Positions 50,280-61,422 of a DNA stretch of 64,000 nt are shown in pieces. The stretch lies in NCBI GenBank assembly GCA_965637545.1, contig OZ281501.1:14074001-14138000 (forward strand), written 5' to 3'. The number at the start of each line of letters is the position of its first letter. Position 1 is the first letter of the stretch. The notes under the pieces are model-generated. The model worked only from the letters and a program-made list of their open reading frames with translations. It was not told the DNA's origin and searched no databases. Position numbers and translations under genes: made by a program. Source of the stretch: Phallusia mammillata. Lineage: Eukaryota.

Positions 50280-50347
50280 GGTTTTATATCTAACATGATA
50301 TAAATAGATATCTAACATGATATAGGTTTTATATCTAACATGATATA
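50280..50347. repeat. Three copies of atatctaacatgatata
   Basis: Copies at 50286-50302, 50308-50324 and 50331-50347. Confidence 0.9.
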
Positions 50348-52207
50348 GACTGTGATGCCTTCTTTTGTTGTGGTCTGCAAATTGAAGCTTTTAAAAATTT
50401 AAATGCTATTTTTTAAGTTATTTTGCTTAACATTTTTTAAACACATGTTGGGACAAATTATTTATAAAAACCAGTATACTGTTTGTTATTATGTTTTCAA
50501 ATGACAAGTATATCAATTTAAACTCTTGCTGCTAAAGTATGTTTAAAATTGTTGTTTTCATTGCAGACAACAAAAAAGACAAAAAAGTTTGCAATACTAG
50601 TTATTCCAAGTTTCCAGTACACATGCTTTTATTCTTGTTTGAAAAGTGCAAATTAATTGCTTGATACGTTTATATAATTTGTTAAAAGCATTGCGTACAT
50701 TCATACCTTGAGTACCACCCCACATTTCAAAAATAGTGGAGCTTGACATAATGAATGTGTCTGTGTAAAATTTGTGGGTTATAGAAAACTTGCTGTTCAG
50801 AAACTGCTATCCACACTGCAAACATTGTTTTTTTTTTGTTACTTAAATCCAGTATTTTACCAACTTGAAGCTAATCCATCAAAGGAAATTAGTTAAACCC
50901 TTATAACCATGATATGTTTTAGTGCAGATACAAATTTGCAGAGCAACCATAAGACACAAGCGCTATAATATTGGTTCAAAATATGCAGTGTAAATTTTGT
51001 CACAATGTTTCCTAATATTGAAAGTATTTGTTTCTCAGGTTTTATAAAAATTACAAATTAATTCCTCTTTATTAGGGTAATTCGTGCTATGAGATATATT
51101 CACTGTGTCATTTGTCACAAACAAAAAACCTTTTGCGTGTATGTTTTGCCTGTATTCTGTATTTATTACTGTATGTTTTAATTGGCACCGCGAATGACAA
51201 TTCCATGGCAAATATAGTCCAAGTACTGAAAATGTTGAAAACAGTGTTTTATTCCAAGCTTTACGCTCTTGCTGGCCACAATGTCAGGTTCTTATTTCAC
51301 CAACGACTGTTTGAATGTGCCCCAAAAGCTTTCATGAAAAGTCTAGCAGTTGGAGGCGTACGCCTACCTGGCCAGTAATACAAATCCAGATATCACATCA
51401 GTCCAGTTTGCATTATATCCAGCCAAAAAGTCGGCTGGATTTCACGGCCACTTGTCCATACATTTTGTTTTTGTCTGGCCGCATAAATTTGTATCCGAGA
51501 CCATTGCTCATGTAACCCCGGTTTTAACAAAGATAACTAAGATTGCATTTTATATCAAATACAACAAAAATCGTTCAACACAACCTTGTTGATCGGAAAT
51601 GTTTTAGCCGTTTAACAATGTGATGAGTAAAATCCGATCTGATATGTAACACAGAACAACAACATTGCGTTGTAATGCAACCACCACAACTCGAGCCTTC
51701 TTGGAATAAAATAATGTCATGTGCCAAGTTTGTAATCAAAACAGGCATGAAGAGTTAAGTTGAGTTTATTTCGCTTGGTGAAGGAAAAGATAGTTAGGTT
51801 CGTGGAATACTTTCGGAGTTTGCAGTTCCAACCAACCAAATGCATGCGTCCAAAATATACGACCCCAATGGCGCGCTCCACCAGCAACGATAATCCAATT
51901 CCTGATTTGTTGAGTAAAGCGTGTTAAACAAATTTTTATGGTTTAGGTTTGTATTGTCGCTTGTGATGTTTGCGAAACTGTCACGCAATAATATTAAAAT
52001 TGCCGTCGTTTTACTTGGCCTATGATAGGAATAATAGAGCACATAATTGCTTTTCCAGGAGGCTCGTACATGTTCCACATGTAGCCTATTTACAGTTAAA
52101 ATGTGACACAAATTGACATCAACAAATATTGTAGAAGGACATAAGCTCCAGCAATCTCGCCAATTTACTTTGTAGAGCCCAGTTTGCGTTACGGCCAGGC
52201 CCTACGG

Positions 52208-53299
52208 CAGGGGCGGGCAACATACGGCCCGCGGGCCGGATCCGGCCCGCGACGGGATTGTGAGCGGCCCGCAGACAGTTTCTGGTCTTACATGATATAA
52301 CGTGGCCCGCGGCCACAGTCTGCCGAATCCCCCACTACTTGCTTACTACGTCAAATTATAGTTGTAACCAGGGATTCGAACCGCTTGTGATATGGGTTCG
52401 GGTTCGGTTCGGGTTTACTTCGTTTTGTTTTTAAGGGTTCGGGTTCGGTTCCGGTTTTTAAAAATGTATATTTTCGGGTTCGGGTTTTGTTCCGGTTTGG
52501 ACAAATTATCCGGTCCGAACCGAAAAATCGTTTTAATTTTATAAAAAAAAAAAAAAAAAAAAATCGTTTTAATTTAATTCTACCCATTATCTACCTGGCC
52601 TTATCAAACTCCAAAAAAATTTTGCCCTTTCACTGTTATTTTTGACACGTCCTATAAGTGTTATCTCGCGTATTCCTTAGTGCGCTTTTTTGAAAAAATC
52701 ACAAAACATAAAACAGACTGCATTTTTTACTGGTTCGGTTCCGGTTCGGGTCCAACGCCAAACAAAATATGGGGTTCACCTCCGGTTCGGGTTTTTAGAA
52801 AATCGTAATTAGCGGTTCGGGTTCGGTTCGGGTTTAATGAAATTAACCGCTCAAACCGGTTCGCAGGTTCGGGTTCAGTTCCGGTTCGACTTCCTGGTTG
52901 TAACAAACAGTAACGCTCCCCAATAACAAAAAAACTTTCCCGCCGTTGTTACCATTGCACCATACATCCATTGTTACTACATAACTGCCAACCTCGCGTG
53001 TGGCCTGCTTTCACGGTTTCCTTTGTTTCCCCACGTGTAGTGTGGTTAGTGTTTCAGCAGTATCTGAGTCTGTGGTGTATGCATTAAATTTGCTGTGATG
53101 AATAATTTTATGTTATATCAGTTAGATTGTTTGGACTGTATTGTAATTGCGACGTTCTTGATTGTATTTAGTTTAGGTGGTCAAAAATCCGTTTTAAATC
53201 ACTGGATAAATACGCGATTAATGTATCGATTCACGAATCCGGCCCGCCAAGTACTTCATTTTCCCATATCAGACCCGCCGACTGGAGAAGTTGCCCCTG
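52208..53299. mobile_element. hAT MITE (~556 bp on its own) hosting a second MITE
   Basis: Left TIR caggggcgggcaac; right TIR gttgcccctg (4 bp shorter). TSD ccctacgg at 52200-52207 and 53300-53307. cggcccgc subterminal motifs. Confidence 0.85.
52369..52896. mobile_element. Nested hAT-type MITE, 528 bp, rich in GGTTCGG motifs
   Basis: TIRs cagggattcgaacc / ggttcgacttcctg. TSD gttgtaac at 52361-52368 and 52897-52904. Confidence 0.9.
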
Positions 53300-54479
53300 C
53301 CCTACGGGAACGGGTGAAGCTAGTACGCCGTACCAAGACCCATACGAGTTTAAACGACCCACAAATATCAATTTAAAATTGAAATTAGCAGTTACGCATG
53401 TGTTTTTTGCTGTTGATAAAAATTCGTTGTTCGCAAATATTGGTCCTTGAGCAAGGCATAAGTGCTTACCAGCTAACAAAACGTTACTTTTTGGGACAAA
53501 ACGTTACTTTTACTTAAAAGTGTCGACTCCAGAAAACGTAGATAGGACGTTGTAAGCAACGTTTTGCCATTACGTTTTTTGCACGTCTAGTTTAACGTGA
53601 CTATACCACCAGATAAAAACGCATTTCCATGACGTTGTTGAATTGCGTTAAATATGCGTTGAACCAAACGTGATAACGAACGTTTAAAATTACATTTGTA
53701 TGACGTAACTCATGACGTCATTTTTACGTAAGAGTGTCTACTCCATACGATGTAGATGTGACGTGGTAATTTACGTCAATAATACGCACAAGTAAACATG
53801 AGTACGACACCTAACAACGCCGATCCTAATTACGTGTTGACATGTTTGCACTTTTAATTACAATGTTTAAAACGTTTGCAGCTTTCTAACTAATGCTAAC
53901 AAGTGAACATGCCAAGGAATTAAAGTAGGAATATAATATTGATGGTGAAAAAGTGAAAAATCACAGTAGTACAGAATCAAAAAGGGTTAGCAGTAAACAG
54001 CAAAAAGCGGCGAGAAAGTATATGGCATTCACTGAACAATAAACCAATATGTATGACGACTCAAACAAATATGTAGTCTGTAAATATCTTTAAGGTTTTC
54101 ATTGCATTGTGCTAAAACATTGCCTTATAATATCTGTTTTACATGGCTTGTTCATAATACAACACAATTGTAGCGTAATTACATTGCTGTCGATAGGCCC
54201 ATGTTTGACCTTCGACGGCACGTCGTTGCTGTAGATACTGTAGTTTTTGTGGACGTCGCAAAATTCGATACTTTTAGTGGCGTTGCTTCCATAAGGAGAT
54301 ACTTAGCATTTTTGACAGGTAACCTCGGGAATGCACCATGCAGCTTCGTGTTATGAAAGTTACCAACACAGCCCTTAACGGAGCACGATTCTTGAATTGA
54401 ACATTATCCACAACAAACTTAGACATTGCAAACAAAAACCATTTGAGTCCCAAACTCACGACGTATCTAAAGGGACGTT

Positions 54480-54802
54480 TGTAGCGGCCTCTCTCACTAC
54501 CGTTATATCGTGTGCCTTCATACTACAGCGAACCGGACAGATTGCCTTCTTTCTCTGACTCTCGTCTTATGCGGCGTATTCGCTCATTGTGTTATTCTAT
54601 TACGATGTACCTCGAATAAACACCTCGCTACATTTGGTGACCCCGGGGGTCATGTAGCAGCCTCTCTCACTACCGTTATATCGTGTGCCTTCATACAGCG
54701 AACCGGACAGATTGCCTTCTTTCTCTGACTCTCGTCTTATGCGGCGTATTCGCTCATTGTGTTATTCTATTACGATGTACCTCGAATAAACACCTCGCTA
54801 CA
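54480..54802 (+). mobile_element. Miniature LTR retroelement (TRIM-like): two ~150-bp LTRs around a 20-bp interior
   Basis: LTR1 54480-54632 and LTR2 54653-54802. Both TGTAGC...GCTACA with AATAAA; they differ by one substitution and one 3-bp indel. Interior tttggtgaccccgggggtca carries the tRNA-Trp PBS start TGGTGACCCCG. Flanks cgtt / catt. Confidence 0.85.
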
Positions 54803-55260
54803 CATTTCCCGAATTCCGGATACACTGACAGTCAATGTATGTGGCTCCGATAGGAACAGGCGGATATCCAAAAAACGTGCTCAGTCAAACTTGATACGTT
54901 GAATTATTTGGTTAGATTGACAAGGAAGTTAGAGCCAAACACAGTTGAGATACCCATGAAGAAGTTACGTCCACAAGAAACAATGTCAAGACTGTGGCAT
55001 AATGAGAACCGATAGTCTAATCGGTAAAGACCAATGTTGTTGTACAACCTAACAAGTAAAATATACTTACGAAATTCATATTATGTAATGCGATTTTTAA
55101 AGTCACAGACTGCATAAGTAAAGAGCAAGTCGCACTCTAAATGAAACATCGTGTCAAATAAGAAAAAGAAACACAAAGGCATAGTAGAAATTGAGATCTT
55201 TCCTTTCAAAGCTGCAGAGACTTAGCCTATTTACCATGAAACGATTTACATAGTCTAGCT

Positions 55261-55577
55261 CAGTGTTTCTTAACCTTTTTTGCGCTCGTACCCTTTGAGC
55301 TTTCATAATTTTTCTCGTACCCCCTGTCTACAATGGCCGACGGAGTAAATAAAATTGTAATAATAGGAATTAAACTCAGTATATTTATAACTTGGGTGTT
55401 GAATGCATGCATTAAAAAAGTATTGTAAGTAGTACAAAACTAACCCGTTCTAGATATACAAGAAAGTAACTTGTTACGCATTCTTCACAAATATACCTAA
55501 ATAGCGTATAATTTCACCCTGCATGCCGTACCCCCTGCTTTGATGCTTCGTACCCCCAAGGGGTACACGTAACCCTG
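55261..55577. mobile_element. hAT MITE with right TIR deleted
   Basis: Left TIR cagtgtttcttaacc; gtaccc subterminal motifs at both ends. TSD gtctagct at 55253-55260 and 55578-55585. Confidence 0.8.
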
Positions 55578-56407
55578 GTCTAGCTTGTGTAGGCTCGCAC
55601 GACACCGCGATGTTTTGTATGGACACGAAAGAAACATTAATCATTAATTACTTTTATATTCATAACGAATTTAAACTTTTCTGTCTAAAAATCATACCCT
55701 TTTTGTACACGCACACACAAATTTTAATGCAAAAATATACAAGCCAGTATTTCATGCATTGTCATCTGAAAATAGACACGAAAAGTAATAGAATTAGATG
55801 GTTGGTGTGTGAAAAGGGGGTCCGGAATTGCTTATGAGGCACTTACGCGGTTCTAAACAAAGGGGGTCAACCATACCACAGTATTATTACAAAAAGTCAC
55901 TTCCCGCTCTTTTTCAACTGTGGGTTGCACTGATTGTTAAACTAACACTACTTTTCATCTCAACTTACAGCCACATTGGTAATTGTTGTTCGGCGCGCGT
56001 TTATGACTCCAATTTATTGATGGTTTGAACAGTAATTTTGCATCATCCCTTCATAGTTTTATTTCTATGCCGATGACAAAATATCAAAGCGTAATAATGT
56101 CGTACTTTCTTGAAATACTGGGTTTTATAATTTTGCCCTTATCATATAAGCTTATTATGTACACAAAGAATTGTAATGATCACAAAATGTCAAAACGTTA
56201 TAATGTGGTACGTTAATGGAATACTGGGTACTATACATATTATGTACACAAGAATTTAAATGTTGACAATAAGCACACACGAATCACATCACATTAATCA
56301 GGGACGCGTGCTGCTGAAAACTTTTGTTATGTAATTAATACAACATGTACATTTAATTGCAGAGATATTTATTGAACTTCTTTTTAAAGGTGTGGGCCTG
56401 TGTGTTT

Positions 56408-57956
56408 TTAACAATTAGATGCATATCCCAATGCATCCATCTCTCTGGATAACTGACACATAGCACAGGGCAAGCAAAATGATGAAACTATGCAGTCGTC
56501 ACAAATTGACCCCTGAAATAAAACATAATTTGTTGTGTACAGGTTTGAAACAACGCATAACGTTCCGCAAACCAAGATTCGCGTAACCAGCATGGGTAAA
56601 TTTTACATAATCTTACAACACGTTGATCTAAAATTTAAAAATGCACGAAAACCTTAAGGCGCCTTTCAATTCAAATCCAAATTTGGCACTTTTACTATTC
56701 TTACCTGAATATTGTGAGTCCCACGGAATCTGGATCGCATTGCCATATGACCTCCTGGGATACAGCCTCCACCGTAACCCGAACAGCCAACACAACAGTT
56801 TTCGCCCATTCTTGTAGAAATCGTACAATAGAAACAGTTGCCGAGAAAAAATGCACACAAACCTGAAAGTATTAAACATTTGTGTGACATTCTGGTCTTC
56901 ACAGATCCAAGCTGATTGTAAAACTATTGTTGAAAAATCAAATGTAAGTTAGATGTGTTTTTTACTATTTATATTAAATTGTTTATATTATACACATGCT
57001 TTGTAATTATATACATTGACTTAGCAAGTGCAACAAACATATCGATTTAGAAAAAAAAAAGCCTTTTGATTTCTTGCAACGCCAAAAGTTATTTTGGCTC
57101 AACTGATTTAATTTAAACATTCACTTGTCTCTGATGTACTTGTAGGAATAGCATTTAACCGCTAGGTGACAGAGTGGAGAAGTAAATGCCCGAAGTCTGT
57201 TTTCTTGCTTCAGTTGCGAGAATTTGAAAAAAAATCTTTCAACGGGCATGCTATTGTCATACATGTTTTCAAAATTGTGTTGCATTGTTCGGTTGTTGAA
57301 AGTGTAAACAATAATTAACAAACATAAAAAAACAAAGAAAGTTGGTCCTAGAAGACCGAGAAAATCATTGAATTTTAAAAAGGCGTATGACTGTTTTGTT
57401 ATTTTTTACACACACGATGTACAATGGATATTTTGTACAATATCTAGCACTGTTTACAAAACTGTAACTGGATAAAAATAATGTGTTTTGGCTCATAACG
57501 TTGTGGACAAAAAGTTGTGTAACCTTTTAACGCAGCGTGTCTTACTAATCAATTTAAAGTTAAAAACTAATTTCCCCAAAACAGCATCTTTTAATGGTTT
57601 TTAGTAGTGATGCACCGAACCCGCCTAAAAAGGTTCGGGCCGAAACCGAATATTCCAAAAGCGACAAACAAAAGCGAAAACATTCCTTTCTACCCGCAAA
57701 AGAAACTAAGTACACGTCTAGGGGAACTTCCCATGGTAAAGAGACAACTTTCAGGCAAAACCAACGAAATCTCAATCATCTTGCACTAGCAAATTGACTT
57801 ACAGCTTTTCATGTCATTAAAACAGTCGCATTGTCCAGAACTCCACCCTTTCATTCCAGACGGTTGTTGTGTCACAACGGTGGTTGTGACTTGTGAAACA
57901 GGCTGCTGCACTACAACTGCTGGTTGACTTTGATGGTATGTTGTTGTGTATGCCAT
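56408..57956 (-). CDS. PLAC8/cornifelin-family Cys-rich protein, 3 exons, 138 aa
   Basis: Exons 57956-57803, 56862-56705, 56512-56408; total 417 nt. WSSGQCDCFND..CLC, MGENCC, MAMRSRFR..HNIQGSICDDC, FCLPCAMCQLSREM. Confidence 0.93.
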
Positions 57957-58578
57957 CTGAAAAGTGTACAACATCAAATTGTCGCAATCTTTTTGCGCCC
58001 AAACGGGTTTACAGTTATAACTATAGTCGTATTTTATGTTATGTAATAAACTTCGGTAATTTGCAAATTAACGTAAAATAAATAACATTTTAAACAAAAG
58101 GAAACATAGAAGAGCTTTTCCGAGCACGTGTGTATTGGTTTAAAAACTATTTTATAATAGTGGATTACAAAGCTGGACTTCCAGGCATTTCGAAAAGTAT
58201 TAACAATACAGGGATCGCAGAATGCTGATCATATAACAGTGGTTCTCAAACTTTTTTGACCGCGACCCAAATTCGAGTATTATGAACATCTCACGATCCA
58301 AGCCTCAAACATCAAAAAGTGTAACAGTTACGAGGCCACGTCGTCGCCGCATAGGAGTCTGCTCATGTCAAAATGGCTGCAGGTTTAACGAGTTCGATTC
58401 GACAACACTACATAACACAACACACATTATGGCTTTGTAGTACCACGATCATTGATAGAAGTGAATCCCAAATCTAAAAATGTTTCCTTGTACGAATGCT
58501 TATTCATCCTTAAACGCTAACTGTTACATCTCCACGTTCAGTTTCGCATGATTAACTTTTATTCCCCGTGCTAGACGT

Positions 58579-60232
58579 CAGGGCCCTGGAGAGAAAAAAA
58601 ATATGCTGGTGCAAGTCAATTTCTGGGCACCCCTTTGAACATTATTTGTGTGCTGATGATCAAGCGTTTAATACGTTTATTCGCCAAAAGAACAAACAAA
58701 AGCAAGCTAGCCGCACTCATTAAACAGCTTGGACAATAACGTCAAACCTTTACAGTTTTAAAAACCTAAAATTATTTTTACTGCATGCACTATAGCGTTC
58801 GTACAACAAAGTAAACGCTCAAAAGCAAATATTGGTCTTGACATGTACTGTGTTCGCTTAAACCAGGGGTCACCACAAACTTTTTTCAGCGCCAAGACAT
58901 GGTATTTCTACAATCCCAAAATCTGGTAATGCGACTGTTAAACTGTATAGTTCAAGGGTCGGCAACCTTTTAGGCGACGCGTGCCAAAGGCTGAATTTTA
59001 AGACCATGGCATGATAAAAACTATAAACAAGCAGTGTAACAGGTTAAATTGTTACTTCAATATAAACACACAAATCGGCTGGCGTGCCATAAAATACCTC
59101 CTAGCGTGCCAACCTTGACACGCGTGCCAGTGATTGCCGTCCCCTGATATAGTTAGTCTCATCTTACAAGCAATGCTTGTATATTACGTCACAAGTAACC
59201 TAGCAATTGTTTGCGCACAATCAGCACTTGTAGTCTTGTCTGTGATGTAACAAACTGGCTTTGAATCAAACATAGGCGTTGTAATCTTAAGAAACAAGGT
59301 AATATCAATTCCACATATCGCGACAGGAAAACTTTCGTAGGGAGTAGTTTAATTTTTGAATGTTACAAAGTTACCAATACGATTTCGCAAACCAAAAAAT
59401 ATGGTCGAGGGCCGGATGAAATGACCACAAAAATATAAAATATATATACTCGGTATACCAACAAAAATACCTACAAATCGCACAGTAAAGTTCTGCTATT
59501 GTTTGGTTAAAGCCAACTGAACAGGTTATCTGGTAAAAGATTTCCTGTTTTTGTTGGTATACCGAGTCAAGCCAAGACTTTTCACAGCTGAGAAGACTCA
59601 AGTCAAGTCAAGCTTTCGAAAAATGTGACCTAAGTCGGACATGAGACCCCATTACTGCTAATTTGTTTAAAATAATAACTGCTTTGACGGTAATTTTCAC
59701 AGGTACGTACAGACCAATTAAAAATGTTAATACGAAGGGTCGAAGGCAGAGAGCAAAGTAAACGTCTTCACACACACACACATAACTGTCGCTTTATCGT
59801 TTATGTACGTTAACAAATATGGTCCAATAAAGTACCTCGCTTACTACCAAAGCTGTGACCAAATCAAATACGTGTAACAAATTCTACGTCCAGAAAACTC
59901 ACCAGCACTATGTAGGCAGCGCAAATGTGCATAATTCTTATCAAACAACGGACACAACTGTGGCACAATAAAGTAGAAACATCAATAAGAGATCTCGCTA
60001 AAATTCGCGCATGCACCAACGTAACAATAATAAAACTTGTTGCATAGAGTTGCACTACAAACAAATCAAACTCCACATTCGGCGATCAGCATCAACTTTT
60101 TTCAGTTTCTAAATAATTTTAAAAGTACACATTTCATCACCCTGTAATCTTCAACTTAATAATTATGGGCCCCCTAGACTCCCATGGGCCCCGGTGCGGC
60201 GCACCGGCTGCACCCCCCTCTCGTGGGGCCTG
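58579..60232. mobile_element. Middle hAT-type element of the nest
   Basis: TIRs cagggccctggagag / ctctcgtggggcctg (12/15). TSD ctagacgt at 58571-58578 and 60233-60240. Confidence 0.82.
58953..59146. mobile_element. Inner hAT MITE, 194 bp
   Basis: TIRs caagggtcggcaac / attgccgtcccctg. TSD gtatagtt / atatagtt (7/8). gcgtgcca subterminal motifs. Confidence 0.8.
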
Positions 60233-61202
60233 CTAGACGTAACAATCACCATGTGCGTGACAGTAAAATTGGAAGGCTATTGTCAGTATGTTGCAATGAT
60301 TAGTTCATTTTGCTGTACAACGTGGTCGAGTGTGGTGACTTTACTACTACTACATTAAGTTAATTCGTTTGTGTTTACTTAATGCAGTAATAGTTCGTTT
60401 GGACATATTTGAATCACCATAGCGCGACCCATTTTGTGACCCTGCGCGACCCATGTTTGGGTCGCGACCCATACTTTGAGAACCACTGTCATATAACCTC
60501 ACAATTGTAAGCTCGTTAATTTGGACATCAGTAAACAAAGGTAGGCCAAGCAACCCGTGGGTTCTTTGTTCTATGAAACTGGATACGATCCTTGTTGTTG
60601 ATTCACCAATGGCAACGCAGTGTGAGGTTTCTCAAATTATCAGTGGAATAATTGAAAACCGTTGGTATTTGTAATTTGTGAGTCCCAAAATTAATTTTGA
60701 CACCAACTCCAAAAACAGCAAGTCTCCCGTGAACTTTATTATGCAGACAACAGTTAGGTAAAACTCTTCTTTAAACTAGTAAAAAAACAACTGTCGTACA
60801 TACCTTCGTTTGAATGTAGTGTTTTTTCTACAAAACAGATTGAATACTGTGTATAATATGCTGAACAAAATACAAACATCATAAAGTACGTGTTACTTGT
60901 TGTAAATACAAAAACACATTTTTTGTCTGACTTTTTTAACAGTACTTGTACATAAACAAAACAAAGCCATATTGAACCCCAAAGCTTTAATGGTTGCATT
61001 GCCATAAGGCTGTATTATTTTCCGTATGACACTCAACAAAATCCCACATCTTTTTGAAGCAGCTATCAACGATCCCAATATAGCATCTATAGCGCACGGA
61101 CATTCTTTATCCGCCCTTTATTTTCAAATAACAACTCAGTTCTAGTTGATTGGTAGACTTCTCTTTCTTTTCATTATCTTTTTCTCCTCGCCTCATTTTG
61201 AT

Positions 61203-61422
61203 GGTAGAGCTACTAACACTGTGCTTCACCTTTGACCCGACCTGAGAACTTCTGGTAGGTGGCGCAAAAGAGCATAGGCGTTTATGGTGCTGACTCAGCA
61301 ATTATTCTTACCATAAACCCAAATTGCTGTAACAGCACCATAAACGCCTATGCTCTGTTGCGCCACCTACCAGAAGTTCTCAGGTCGGACCAAAGGTGAA
61401 GGTCAGTGTTAGTAGGTCTACC
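61203..61422. mobile_element. Mutator-like foldback MITE, 220 bp
   Basis: ~100-bp inverted arms starting GGTAG around a ~20-bp loop. Perfect 9-bp TSD cattttgat at 61194-61202 and 61423-61431. Confidence 0.88.

Larger units (their letters stand above)
58237..60488. mobile_element. Outer hAT MITE of a three-level nest
   Basis: TIRs cagtggttctcaaact / actttgagaaccactg (15/16). TSD tcatataa at 58229-58236 and 60489-60496. gcgaccc subterminal motifs at both ends. Confidence 0.88.

Noticed and set aside
51100-52120. Cluster of 66-105 aa ORFs on both strands
   Set aside because: No spliceable series or recognisable motif; could be a decayed element. Needs BLASTX.
54480-54802. Direct repeats with a short spacer read as CRISPR or simple tandem duplication
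   Set aside because: Repeats are ~150 bp with TG...CA ends and a PBS; eukaryotic context. An LTR element explains it better.
57605-57790. tagtgatgcaccgaac... TIR-like start and 60-71 aa ORFs in the PLAC8-like intron
   Set aside because: One-ended relic with no TSD; ORFs have no homology I recognise.
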